In this document: positions 9,909 to 19,616 of the stretch, in pieces
How positions within the stretch are numbered: position 1 is the stretch's first letter
How the letters are laid out: the number at the start of each line of letters is the position of its first letter
Source of the DNA: an uncultured virus (IMG/VR IMGVR_UViG_3300020578_000049)
Lineage: Duplodnaviria > Heunggongvirae > Uroviricota > Caudoviricetes
Direction: 5' to 3' (one strand)
Virus record (IMG/VR): IMGVR_UViG_3300020578_000049
Length of the DNA stretch: 64,000 nt
Translations under genes and position numbers: made by a program
Notes under the pieces: generated by a model
The model's input: the letters and a program-made list of their open reading frames with translations, nothing else
What the model was told of the DNA's origin: nothing
Database searches by the model: none

Positions 9909-10229
9909 ATGGATAAAGGTTTAGTATTTTTACTAAGGAGAATTTCTCCAGAATATTTGAAACTACTGCTTGATGGTGAAATGGAAGATCAGCAACCTTG
10001 TTATTATAGAAATAGATTTGGTGAATATTTTGGAAAAGGTAAATATACAGAAGTTGTTCTTGAAGGTCTTTCTGATAACATATTTTATGTATATACAAAA
10101 CATAATCCAGCAACCGATGGTGATACAGAAAATGAAATTATAAGAGACATAGTTCAAAAAATATTTTTAAAAACTATAAAAAAATACTACGATGATGTTG
10201 ATTGTAGTGAAGAAGAAGATGAAGATTAA
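9909..10229 (+). CDS. Acidic 'RR-family' hypothetical protein
   Basis: LVFLLRRISPE...QPC, like ORF 2812. Confidence 0.7.
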   Translation: MDKGLVFLLRRISPEYLKLLLDGEMEDQQPCYYRNRFGEYFGKGKYTEVVLEGLSDNIFYVYTKHNPATDGDTENEIIRDIVQKIFLKTIKKYYDDVDCSEEEDED

Positions 10230-10787
10230 ATGAAATATCTAATAACAGAAAAACAAGGATCCAGACTGAAAAGTCAACTTTCACAATCATTTGATGAAAT
10301 TGGTTTTATTAATACAATCGATAGATACAGATTATCAATACCTCAACTTGATAAAATTTATAGAAATTCAAAATTACCAGAATTTAGTTGTGATGATTTA
10401 AATGAAATTTGTTCTAAATTAATTTATGAAAGTGATGTCAAAAAACGGTACATTACAGGAGAATATTTTATTAGTTTAGATATGGACGATTTTGTAGGTT
10501 CAGTATATTTCAAAGTAACAGATAATGAAACAACAAATAGTCTTGATGGTTATGCAACACCTTATTGGGATGGTAAATGTTTTTTACCAATTGATACTGA
10601 ATATTACAATTTTACAGATGATGACGGTGAAATAATCGATGAAGAAATAACTGGTCAGTACTATAAACAAATAAAATTACCGACCAAATTTGAAAGTTTT
10701 CAGGCAATAGTAGATTGGATGGAAAATGATTATATACAGTATTTAATTAATTTTTGTAAACAAACCTTTGAAGAATTGGAATCTTAA
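10230..10787 (+). CDS. Hypothetical protein with leader
   Basis: MKYLITEKQ; GYATPYWDG motif. Confidence 0.7.
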   Translation: MKYLITEKQGSRLKSQLSQSFDEIGFINTIDRYRLSIPQLDKIYRNSKLPEFSCDDLNEICSKLIYESDVKKRYITGEYFISLDMDDFVGSVYFKVTDNETTNSLDGYATPYWDGKCFLPIDTEYYNFTDDDGEIIDEEITGQYYKQIKLPTKFESFQAIVDWMENDYIQYLINFCKQTFEELES

Positions 10788-10801
10788 TAATATTTATCTA
10801 T

Positions 10802-10915
10802 ATGAAAAAAGAAGAAACAAAGCCAAGGAACAGAAAAAATCTTTCAAAAACACTTAAAAGAATTGAAAAAAATTCTGAAATCCTTAGAAAATATCAACAA
10901 GAACTGAAAAATTAA
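10802..10915 (+). CDS. Small basic protein (37 aa)
   Basis: Read by eye; TATTTAT 4 nt before ATG. Confidence 0.5.
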   Translation: MKKEETKPRNRKNLSKTLKRIEKNSEILRKYQQELKN

Positions 10916-10917
10916 TT

Positions 10918-11451
10918 ATGACAAAAATATTAGTAACGGAAGACCAATACCAAAGATTAATAAAAAGAATTACAGAAGAAGCTGCCGGTTATGACGACTA
11001 TAATGTTATGGCTCATCACGGCGGTACTTCTATGAAAGTATTGATTGATACTTTTACAGATTTATCACAAGTTCTTAGAAGTATCGGATATATGTTAAAA
11101 TCTGAAAATATTGAATATGTTGATTTAAAAGAAAATTTATATGAAGCAATTGATTTAATTTCAGAAATTAATTCGGCAATGGATATTGTTTTCAAAGATT
11201 TTACAGAAAAAGAATTAATTAGACTAGGTAAAATTTTACACAGAAAACTAGAATCTTATCAAGAAAAAATTAGAATAATGCTTAATATGGGTAAAGAATT
11301 AATAACAAAAGAAACAATCATTGATAAACTTTTTGGCTTAACAATGAATGTTTATAGAGCTATGACAGATTATGCAGCCGAATTAAAAGTCACAGACATT
11401 AAATTTCAAATAAGAATTGATAAAGGAAGCCCAAAAACCGATTTAAACTAA
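10918..11451 (+). CDS. Helical hypothetical protein with leader
   Basis: MTKILVTEDQYQRLIKRITEE. Confidence 0.7.
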   Translation: MTKILVTEDQYQRLIKRITEEAAGYDDYNVMAHHGGTSMKVLIDTFTDLSQVLRSIGYMLKSENIEYVDLKENLYEAIDLISEINSAMDIVFKDFTEKELIRLGKILHRKLESYQEKIRIMLNMGKELITKETIIDKLFGLTMNVYRAMTDYAAELKVTDIKFQIRIDKGSPKTDLN

Positions 11452-11492
11452 TTTTTTTGGTTTTATAACATATTTATAAATAAATTAAAATT

Positions 11493-12815
11493 ATGAGTTA
11501 TTATAGAAGATTAATCGAAGAATCTGAAAAACAAAGAATTTTGGGTCTACACAATAGAGTTAAAAAAAATCCAACAACACGATTATTGAAAGAAGGTCTT
11601 TATGATTTCCCAATATGTGTTAGAAATGCTAACGGTGGAAAAGTAAATAACATACAATTACCACAAAAGGCTTTAAATTTTTTATATGAAAAAATAGGAT
11701 ATAAAGGATCTACAATGTTTGAAGCGGTTGTTGTAAATGACCCAAGTACAAATTACACCTATTATTGGTTACATACACCATCTAAAATGGTTGTTAAAGT
11801 ACCCAATGGAGATGGTGAAGTAATAATTCAATCATATAGTTGTAACTGTAAAAAAGTTATAAGTCGAAAATATGATGGTCAAAATAAAGAAGATATCCCT
11901 TGTTCTGGAAATAACCAACAAGGTAATCAACAAGGTGGTGGTAAAGACACTAATTGTAAAAGTAAAACTCCTTACAACGCTATTACCGATATGGGTATGA
12001 ACTTTAAAGATGTTCAAGCTAAATGGATTGCGGCAAATTGTAACGGAACCACTCCTTGTATCAAAGGTGACGCAACAACCAATATAAATTTAAGAAACGC
12101 TTTTTGTGACGGAACTTGGAAACCAGATGGTTCTAAAAGTGATTTTCCATTACCAGGTGGTCAAATACCTGGTGGTGATGTTAAACTTCCAGATATAAAA
12201 GAAATACAAGCATGTTTTGGTAAAGTACAACTTGATATGCCATTTGAATGTAAAGGAACTGTAATGTCTACAACAGGAAATGTAGTAGGTGGTGGTTGTA
12301 TTAATGCTTTAATTAAAAGATTTGAAGAAATGCCACAAAAAATGTTAGAAGTAATTCTTTGTATTTTTGCTAAATTACAAATTCCTGAAACACTTTTAAG
12401 AATAGTAATTGACTATGTTACTAAAAATCCACAGATTATTATTGACATTATTAATAAGAATCCACAGATTATTATTGACATTATTACAAACAATCCTCAA
12501 TTAATAATTGATATTATAAGTAAAAACCCTCAATTAATAATTGATATTATTACTAAAAATCCAGATATCATAAAACAAATACCTATCGATAAATTACCAG
12601 ATATTTTAAAACAAATACCTATTGAAAAATTACCAGAAATTATTAAAATACCTGGTATTCCAATCCAGTTACCGGGTGATAAAACTATTGAAGATATATT
12701 AAAAGAATTTCCAGGAATGCCGATAGGTAAAATACCTGGTTTATTACCAGGGGATAAACAATATTCAGAAGAATATATAACACCAACATTTGAACAAAAA
12801 CCTAAAGCTGATTAA
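11493..12815 (+). CDS. Multidomain Cys-rich protein with leader and 11-aa NPQ(I/L)IIDII repeats
   Basis: MSYYRRLIEESEKQRILGLH leader; four NPQxIIDII units then IP-rich tail. Confidence 0.75.
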   Translation: MSYYRRLIEESEKQRILGLHNRVKKNPTTRLLKEGLYDFPICVRNANGGKVNNIQLPQKALNFLYEKIGYKGSTMFEAVVVNDPSTNYTYYWLHTPSKMVVKVPNGDGEVIIQSYSCNCKKVISRKYDGQNKEDIPCSGNNQQGNQQGGGKDTNCKSKTPYNAITDMGMNFKDVQAKWIAANCNGTTPCIKGDATTNINLRNAFCDGTWKPDGSKSDFPLPGGQIPGGDVKLPDIKEIQACFGKVQLDMPFECKGTVMSTTGNVVGGGCINALIKRFEEMPQKMLEVILCIFAKLQIPETLLRIVIDYVTKNPQIIIDIINKNPQIIIDIITNNPQLIIDIISKNPQLIIDIITKNPDIIKQIPIDKLPDILKQIPIEKLPEIIKIPGIPIQLPGDKTIEDILKEFPGMPIGKIPGLLPGDKQYSEEYITPTFEQKPKAD

Positions 12816-12827
12816 AAATTTATAGTT

Positions 12828-13655
12828 ATGAGTTATTATTTGAAAAATTTATTAAGTGAGTCTGAAAAAAGACGAATTTTAAATCTTCACGAAAATCGTA
12901 GAAAATACGAATGGAAAGGTTTGATTATGGAAGCAACTGAAGAAGAGGCTAAAAGTTTTTTTGAAAAAAGAAAAACAAAAATGAAAAATTTTCCACCAGT
13001 TGGAACTGTTATTGATTACGACGGGAAGGGTAATTTTGCATATAAAACAATAGACGCTAATAATAATCCATTATATTTATTTGCAGATGGTACAGCAAAA
13101 AATTCTACTGGTAAAACAGCTACAAATAGATGGTACGGTCAATTAAGTCCAGACGAAGTGGCCCTTGATAAAATGCCCACACTAAAACCAACTCTAATAG
13201 AACCTAAAATAGACTTAAATACATTAAGTTCAACACCTAAAGGTTCTGAACCCCAAGGAATGATGACAGGTAAAGAAATTAATCAAAGTAGAAGAGAGTT
13301 AAAAAGAAAAATAAAATCTGCAAAAAAACAATTTAAAAGTGAAAATAAAAAAAATAAACAAAGTTGTTTAGCCTACTTTAAAAATTGGGTAAACGATTGG
13401 AACCAGAAGGATGAAGCATTACAAGTTATTGTTAAAGAAACATCACCACAATACAATAGTTACGTAAAATTTTTAAGTTCTTGTTGTGATATTTTGAATG
13501 AAAATGGAAAACAACCAGCTCTTTATGGGCTTTGTTCTACTAAAGGTGTAGAACCAGAAACAATCGTTAAGTCTTATAAAACGAAAACAGGTGGTTCTGG
13601 ATTGGGTGCAATGGAAATAGAAAATCAAACCTATGAAAATTTAGGATTACAATAA
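12828..13655 (+). CDS. Hypothetical protein with leader
   Basis: MSYYLKNLLSESEKRRILNLH leader, shared with ORF 11493. Confidence 0.75.
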   Translation: MSYYLKNLLSESEKRRILNLHENRRKYEWKGLIMEATEEEAKSFFEKRKTKMKNFPPVGTVIDYDGKGNFAYKTIDANNNPLYLFADGTAKNSTGKTATNRWYGQLSPDEVALDKMPTLKPTLIEPKIDLNTLSSTPKGSEPQGMMTGKEINQSRRELKRKIKSAKKQFKSENKKNKQSCLAYFKNWVNDWNQKDEALQVIVKETSPQYNSYVKFLSSCCDILNENGKQPALYGLCSTKGVEPETIVKSYKTKTGGSGLGAMEIENQTYENLGLQ

Positions 13656-13684
13656 AAAAAAGGGACTTAAGTCCCTTTTTTTTT
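13654..13684. terminator. Bidirectional intrinsic terminator
   Basis: A tract-GGGAC-TTAA-GTCCC-T tract between convergent genes. Confidence 0.8.
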
Positions 13685-14108
13685 ACTCAACTCCCAAAAG
13701 TTCTAAATCAAAAAAAAGTTTTTGTCCTGCTAAAGGATGATTTGCATCCAAAACAACAACATTTTCTTTTACTTTAACAACTTTCACAATTACTGGACCG
13801 TTAGGACCAAATGTTTGTAACATAGCACCTTCTTGTACATCTTGTGGTACACGATCTTTAGGTATTTCAGTAATCAATTCATTATTATAATCACCATACG
13901 CTTCTGTATGTGGTATTTCTACCGTTTTTTTATCACCAACAGTCATATCAATTAACCCAGATTCAAAACCAGGAATTAATTGTCCTTGACCTAACGTTGC
14001 TTTAAGTGGTTCACGACCTTCATTTAATGAAGAATCAAATACAGAACCATCTTCCAATCTACCTGTGTAATTTACAGTCACAGTACTGTTTAGACTTACT
14101 TTGCTCAT
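13683..14108 (-). CDS. FKBP-type peptidyl-prolyl isomerase (SlyD/SlpA-like)
   Basis: YTGRLEDGSVFDSS; LIPGFE; EAYG; LDANHPLAG. Confidence 0.92.
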   Translation of the reverse strand: MSKVSLNSTVTVNYTGRLEDGSVFDSSLNEGREPLKATLGQGQLIPGFESGLIDMTVGDKKTVEIPHTEAYGDYNNELITEIPKDRVPQDVQEGAMLQTFGPNGPVIVKVVKVKENVVVLDANHPLAGQKLFFDLELLGVE

Positions 14109-14327
14109 AATATTTTTTTTATTAAGGATAGTTTATTTTAATTTAAATGTAAAACATTATGGTTAAAATAATATTACAAATAATATTCAATATTTGACAC
14201 CAAATTGAAAAAGAAATTGTTTTATACAATAGACCTTTTTTCTTGAAAAGTAAAAAATCTAAAAAAAATTTTTTCATAATAAAAAGTATTTATAATAATA
14301 TACTTATAAATTTTTAAAAAACCAACT

Positions 14328-14936
14328 TTGAAATCCTTAACTGATAAAATTGTTTCTTATTTAACTTTCGGTATAAATCTGGATATTTTACCAATAGACA
14401 ATAAAAATAAAAAAGAAGAAAAACCAGAAGAAAATTCAAAACTACCATCTAAAATACAGTCGGCAATCGATAAACTTAAAACAGATTGGGGTGTTGAAAT
14501 TACACAAAAACATATAGACAAAGAATTAGAACAAGAAGGTTCTTGGAAAGAAGACGCTGGAAGTGTAAACCAACAAGCACTAACAAATATAAATAAATTA
14601 ATAAAAGATTGTAATTCTAAATTTGGGTACCAAGGTGGTATAGCTTCTGGGTATCGAAGTTATAACGACCAAGTTAAAAATTTTGGTAGAAAAGTAAAAG
14701 AAGATGGTCGATCAATTGATAATGTACAAGCTTCTAATACAATCCCAGGATTCAGTGAACATCACACAGGTAAAGCCTTTGATATTTTTAGTACTGAAGA
14801 ATCTTGGTGGGATGCAAGACCAAAAGTAAAAAATTGGGTTGCAGATAATGCTAGTAATTATGGTTTTAGAGTTACATATAAAACACCTGGTACATTAAGG
14901 GTTGTGGAACCTTGGCATTTGTATTATACTAAATAA
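14328..14936 (+). CDS. M15B D,D-carboxypeptidase (VanY-like)
   Basis: SGYRSYNDQ; PGFSEHHTGKAFD; EPWHL. Confidence 0.9.
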   Translation: MKSLTDKIVSYLTFGINLDILPIDNKNKKEEKPEENSKLPSKIQSAIDKLKTDWGVEITQKHIDKELEQEGSWKEDAGSVNQQALTNINKLIKDCNSKFGYQGGIASGYRSYNDQVKNFGRKVKEDGRSIDNVQASNTIPGFSEHHTGKAFDIFSTEESWWDARPKVKNWVADNASNYGFRVTYKTPGTLRVVEPWHLYYTK

Positions 14937-14944
14937 TTATAGAT

Positions 14945-15520
14945 ATGAAAAAAATTATAAAAGAATCGGATTCAACATCACTTGTTAATAAGTTAGTATC
15001 TTTTTTAACTTCTGGGTTAAATTTAACTGATTTAACATTAGGTTCGGAAAAAGATGATACACAAATTTCTAAACCATCTTTATCTGATGATGAAGTGTAT
15101 GAAGCAATACTAACTGGTGTTGGTGCTCCAATAACAAAAGAAAATATGAAATTTATGTATGCTTGGAGACAAGGTGAAGGAGCAAAAGCAGCATTTAACC
15201 CATTTAACACAACGAAGAAAAAAGAAAAATCAACATTTTATAATTGTCTTAGTAGAAAAGATGGTAAATGTAATGGTGGTGTTAGAAACTATAGTAGTCA
15301 ACAAGAAGGTATTGATGCAACAATAGAAACTTTAAAATTAAGTTATTATACTTGTATTACAGATGGTCTTAAAAATGACATTGGTGCTAAAAAAATTGCA
15401 AGACAATGTAAAAGTGCTTTGAAGACTTGGGGTACTGGTGAACTTGTTGCTAAAGTTTTAGACGGTAACAAATTAAGTCCTTCACCAATACCAACATCCA
15501 CAACTAAAACAGTAACATAA
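14945..15520 (+). CDS. Putative lysozyme-fold peptidoglycan hydrolase
   Basis: AWRQGEG...NPFNTT...GVRNY..QEGIDAT pattern; adjacent to M15 peptidase. Confidence 0.5.
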   Translation: MKKIIKESDSTSLVNKLVSFLTSGLNLTDLTLGSEKDDTQISKPSLSDDEVYEAILTGVGAPITKENMKFMYAWRQGEGAKAAFNPFNTTKKKEKSTFYNCLSRKDGKCNGGVRNYSSQQEGIDATIETLKLSYYTCITDGLKNDIGAKKIARQCKSALKTWGTGELVAKVLDGNKLSPSPIPTSTTKTVT

Positions 15521-15735
15521 TGTTAAAGTTTTCCAAATACTTAATTATACAATTAATGAACAAGTATGGTTCATTTATGTGGTTTGGAACGCACGTATCT
15601 ATGACTCAAACAGATTGGCATTGGTTGTTTGAAACTTTTTTATGTATTTTTGTTAATTTATTAGTTATTTTTTCTTTATATTTGCAATACAAAGAAGAAG
15701 AAAATGAAAAACTACAAAAAACTAACAATACCTAA
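15520..15735 (+). CDS. Small membrane protein
   Basis: Hydrophobic segment; overlaps neighbours as in translational coupling. Confidence 0.55.
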   Translation: MLKFSKYLIIQLMNKYGSFMWFGTHVSMTQTDWHWLFETFLCIFVNLLVIFSLYLQYKEEENEKLQKTNNT

Positions 15736-16294
15736 AGATTCTGCTTGGAATAGAAAAGGGGTTTTACCATTCTTGTGGCGAAAAACACATTGGAGAATAC
15801 GATATTTTATTGGCGGAATAAAAAATATCTTTAGATGGATGCCAACTTTATATAAAGATAAAGATTGGGACGATTGGTATATTTTAACAATCTTACAAAA
15901 GAAAATAGAATTTCAGAGAAAAGAAATAATCTATGCAAATCGTCACATTAATGTTGATAGAGATAATCGTGATATGACAATTGTTTTAAACCTCATTGAA
16001 AGAGTTAAAGACGAATTCTATAATACTGAATATCTAAATTACGAAGAATCTAAATTTAGATTTGAACCTGTTGAAGATAATGAAAACTTCCGTTTTTTGG
16101 AAGTTGACGTTTTATCTGAAAGATATGATGATTTTTTAAAAAAATATCAATCAAGCGTTCGTAAAGTATTAAAAGAAAGACCCAATTTAGATAAAAAAGA
16201 TTTATGTTTTTATGTTTCAAAACATAATCAAGAAAAAGCACATAACTTATTGTTTAAAATCTTAAAAGAAAGAATGAAATGGTGGTGGGATTAA
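15704..16294 (+). CDS. Phage hypothetical protein (DxDWD...WWD type)
   Basis: KNIFRWMPTLYKDKDWD; C-terminal WWWD. Confidence 0.75.
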   Translation: MKNYKKLTIPKDSAWNRKGVLPFLWRKTHWRIRYFIGGIKNIFRWMPTLYKDKDWDDWYILTILQKKIEFQRKEIIYANRHINVDRDNRDMTIVLNLIERVKDEFYNTEYLNYEESKFRFEPVEDNENFRFLEVDVLSERYDDFLKKYQSSVRKVLKERPNLDKKDLCFYVSKHNQEKAHNLLFKILKERMKWWWD

Positions 16295-16476
16295 AAGTAT
16301 ATAAAGTAAAAGATAAAGAAACCTATAAAAAATTAAATTCTTTACTTGTTGGTTGGTGTTTTTTTAGACACGAAGGTGATGACTATTACATTAAAGCGCC
16401 TTCTAATAAAACAATAAAAGAATTAATAGAAAATGGTTCAATTACGGAATTAAATCAAACGAAGATTGAAGTATAA
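16279..16476 (+). CDS. Hypothetical protein
   Basis: ORF coupled to upstream gene. Confidence 0.55.
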   Translation: MVVGLKVYKVKDKETYKKLNSLLVGWCFFRHEGDDYYIKAPSNKTIKELIENGSITELNQTKIEV

Positions 16477-16720
16477 TTTGTTTTTTATCGCCAACAACAT
16501 TCCAAGCTCTTTGTATTAATAATTCAAGAGCTGATGGAAATAGTAAATCAACCTTTTCTGGTTCATCTAAATATAAGTTTACGCTTATCAAGTAAGAATC
16601 CTTACTTCTTACATACGTTAAATTACTTATTGTAATATAACTATTTTGTCCAAAAAATTCTTCCAAATCTCTTTTAAATTGTTTGTCTATAATTTTCTGT
16701 AGATATTTTTTATACTTCAT
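16442..16720 (-). CDS. Hypothetical protein
   Basis: TATTTAT on minus strand 3 nt before ATG. Confidence 0.65.
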   Translation of the reverse strand: MKYKKYLQKIIDKQFKRDLEEFFGQNSYITISNLTYVRSKDSYLISVNLYLDEPEKVDLLFPSALELLIQRAWNVVGDKKQIILQSSFDLIP

Positions 16721-16800
16721 TTAATAAATAATAACCTATGAATGTTTATTTGACAAGTAAAAAACAAAACCTCAATTAATTTCTAACGTATTTATTGTAT

Positions 16801-17394
16801 ATGAAAATATTGTTATCAACATTTTTAATTTTTATAAGTTTAATTGGGTTTACACAATGTAATGGTACACAATCTTTTACTTTAACACCCCCAGCAGTGG
16901 GTGGTACTTATTTACCAGGACAAGTTATTACAATGTGTTATACAATGAACGGATATACTCAGGCTGGTATTAACTGGATTGAAGGTTTTGATTTAACTTT
17001 AGGTTCTGGTTGGTCATCTGTTGTACCACAATCAGCACCTTTAAACTGTGGTGGTAACGCAACCGGCGGACAATGGACTTGGATGACTTCTGTAACATCA
17101 ACAACAACACCAATACAAACCGTGGGTCCTGGTTATTTCTTCGATTTAACAATAGATGGAAACCCAGGTAATGATTTTGGTGACGCAGGAAGTTGTGTAT
17201 GGACATTCTGTGTCACTTTGACTGTTGCAAATGTATGTACACCCCAAAATTTATTAATTCAAGTCACACCAGGGTCTGATGGTCTATGGGGAAGCTATAT
17301 TAGTTCTTCTTGTGATTTGGCAACACCATTTAATGTCTTTAACGGAACAATAAACACAGTTCCAATAGTATTGGGACCAATAAACCATAATTAA
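16801..17394 (+). CDS. Secreted beta-rich protein with C-terminal PIxHN motif
   Basis: Signal peptide MKILLSTFLIFISLIGFTQ; ends LGPINHN. Confidence 0.75.
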   Translation: MKILLSTFLIFISLIGFTQCNGTQSFTLTPPAVGGTYLPGQVITMCYTMNGYTQAGINWIEGFDLTLGSGWSSVVPQSAPLNCGGNATGGQWTWMTSVTSTTTPIQTVGPGYFFDLTIDGNPGNDFGDAGSCVWTFCVTLTVANVCTPQNLLIQVTPGSDGLWGSYISSSCDLATPFNVFNGTINTVPIVLGPINHN

Positions 17395-17400
17395 TCTATC

Positions 17401-17982
17401 ATGAAAAAACTTTTATTTATTTTAATGATGATGATTTCGGGGATTTCATTGTCACAACTATCAACAACAAACCCAGATACGGTTTGTTATCAATCAACAA
17501 CTCTTTCTACTTATACTGTACCATCTGTTGGATTAGGAACATATACTTGGACTGTTACAGCACCTGGTGTTATCACAGCAGGTCAAGGTACTAACTCAAT
17601 TTCTGTTAACTGGTCGGCAGCAGCCCCTGGACTAATCACAAATGGTGTATCTGTAACTTATTCTTCACCTCCACCAGCTAACTGTCCTGCAACACCGGTT
17701 AATTTAAATGTATTAATATACCAAGTTATACCAACAATTACTGCTTTAGGGCCATTTTGTGAATCAGATCCTTGTGTAACTTTAGTTGGAACACCGGTAG
17801 GAAGTACTTGGTCTGGTACTGGGGTAGTTGGTAACCAATTTTGCCCAGATAACGTAACAAATGGAACAAATGCAACCTCAACAGTGACATATACTGTAAG
17901 TTCTGGTGGTTGTACATTCTCAACATCAGTTGTTGTACCAGTATATGGAACACCAACATTATCGCCTATACAACATAATTAA
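17401..17982 (+). CDS. Secreted PKD/Ig-like domain protein with C-terminal PIxHN motif
   Basis: Signal peptide; YTWTV..G.I.AGQGTNSISVNW; ends LSPIQHN. Confidence 0.75.
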   Translation: MKKLLFILMMMISGISLSQLSTTNPDTVCYQSTTLSTYTVPSVGLGTYTWTVTAPGVITAGQGTNSISVNWSAAAPGLITNGVSVTYSSPPPANCPATPVNLNVLIYQVIPTITALGPFCESDPCVTLVGTPVGSTWSGTGVVGNQFCPDNVTNGTNATSTVTYTVSSGGCTFSTSVVVPVYGTPTLSPIQHN

Positions 17983-18548
17983 TGAGATTATTGTTATTTG
18001 TATCTTTTTTATGTCTTTCTTTGACCACATATTGTCAACATATGTTTGAATTGTGTGATGGTGAAAGTAAAACAGTCACTTATACGTCAAATTATGGTGG
18101 TTTCGGTACAAATACGTGGACAGTTAATGGAATTGTGTATAATAGTGAAGACTTAACATACACATTTACACAAACTGGAACATATAATATAGTATTGAGG
18201 CGTGAAAATGTTATTTGTTATGTTGAAGAATCAATACAAGTTGAAGTAACAGACTGTCCAAGAGTAGTTTATTGGGTACCTAACTGTTTTACTCCAGATG
18301 GAAATGAAAATAATCAATTATATGGTCCAGTTATGATTAGTGGATTTGATATAAATGGGTTTGAATTTACCATTTTTAATCGTTGGGGTAACATTGTGTG
18401 GAAATCTAATGACCCAAATGGTCGTTGGAACGGTACATTCAACAATAAAATGTGCACAGATGGTGTTTATATATGGAAATTAGTGTTTAATATCTTTGGA
18501 AACGACAAAAAAATACAAAATCACGGTCATTTGACGTTAATTAGGTAA
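17982..18548 (+). CDS. T9SS type-B CTD (gliding-motility-associated C-terminal domain) protein
   Basis: Signal peptide; VPNCFTPDGNENN...IFNRWGNIV...WNGT...GVYIW...GHLTLIR. Confidence 0.9.
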   Translation: MRLLLFVSFLCLSLTTYCQHMFELCDGESKTVTYTSNYGGFGTNTWTVNGIVYNSEDLTYTFTQTGTYNIVLRRENVICYVEESIQVEVTDCPRVVYWVPNCFTPDGNENNQLYGPVMISGFDINGFEFTIFNRWGNIVWKSNDPNGRWNGTFNNKMCTDGVYIWKLVFNIFGNDKKIQNHGHLTLIR

Positions 18549-18596
18549 AAATAAGGTTATAGACTGTTTTTTTTGCTAAATTTTAAGTTTTCAACC

Positions 18597-19037
18597 TTAA
18601 AACTCGTCATTTTTAATGTTTATTTCTTGAATTTTCAGTATTTTGACGTTTTTTCCCTTATTTTTAACCGTAATTTCCATTTCATTAGGGTAAAGTATGT
18701 TATTTTCGATAGTTTCTTCAATATCTACTTCTTTTTTGGGTATTTTTGTTGTAATTAGGTAGTATTTTTCCCCACATCTAGTACAAAATGAGTGATTTGA
18801 CAGTAATTCTGTCCTATTTTTGCTTAAATGTGACCCAATTTCGTCTAAATTAATGTCTTTTTTGTCATCTACGACTAAAATTCGGTATCCTTTTTGTGTT
18901 TTTGGTAGGTTTTAAGCCCATTTTAGGTAGTATTTTACCTCATTTTCGGCCTCTTTTTGGTTGAAATCCATTGATTTTAGGGTAGAAATTAGGGTTTTTT
19001 TACTAATTATTTCACTTAAAACAGGTAAAATCTTCAT
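18597..19037 (-). pseudogene. ADP-ribosyltransferase-like gene interrupted by one in-frame TAA
   Basis: 147-codon frame with a single TAA at 18912-18914; GYRIL, GSHLS, PNEMEI (R-S-ExE order); TATTTAT 4 nt upstream. Confidence 0.55.
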
Positions 19038-19054
19038 ATATATAAATAATTTAT

Positions 19055-19210
19055 TTATCCCTTTTTCTTATTGTATTTGATTTCCACTTCATATGGACCA
19101 GAATTTGACTTATAATTGTCATATTTCCAGATTAAAGTACAATCTTCGTGGGTAATAACACGTTCAAATACCTTACGTTCTATTTGTTTTTTAACTTTCT
19201 TATCACTCAT
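19055..19210 (-). CDS. Small hypothetical protein (51 aa)
   Basis: Read by eye; TATATTTG 6 nt upstream on minus strand. Confidence 0.6.
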   Translation of the reverse strand: MSDKKVKKQIERKVFERVITHEDCTLIWKYDNYKSNSGPYEVEIKYNKKKG

Positions 19211-19285
19211 AAAGTACAAATATAGTAATTTTTCTTTAAAAAAAGAAACCCCTCTTTTGGAGGGGAGTTAAAAACTGATAAAATG

Positions 19286-19519
19286 TTATTCTTGGGACTC
19301 TTTATCGTCTTCTTTAAAGAAATTTGTAAGAAACTTACCAACAACACCGAATACAATCGATGATACAATCATAATTTTGATTTCTTGTGTTGTAAAAATT
19401 TCTTTTAACGTGTCATACTGCCAAACACCACCAACCGCAACAATTGCAGCGGCAGCCAGTAATCCGTCCCCTAATTTTCTCCACTTTTTTGGTGTGGGTT
19501 TCCAATAATGTTTCATCAT
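19286..19519 (-). CDS. Holin-like two-TM membrane protein
   Basis: Basic N terminus, two hydrophobic segments, charged tail. Confidence 0.55.
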   Translation of the reverse strand: MMKHYWKPTPKKWRKLGDGLLAAAAIVAVGGVWQYDTLKEIFTTQEIKIMIVSSIVFGVVGKFLTNFFKEDDKESQE

Positions 19520-19616
19520 AGTTCTTTTTATATAAATATCATATAATAAAAAAAGGGACAGTAGCGAATTGTCCCTTTAACATTACCATAACCAGTAATG
19601 GTCCTAAGCAAAGTTT

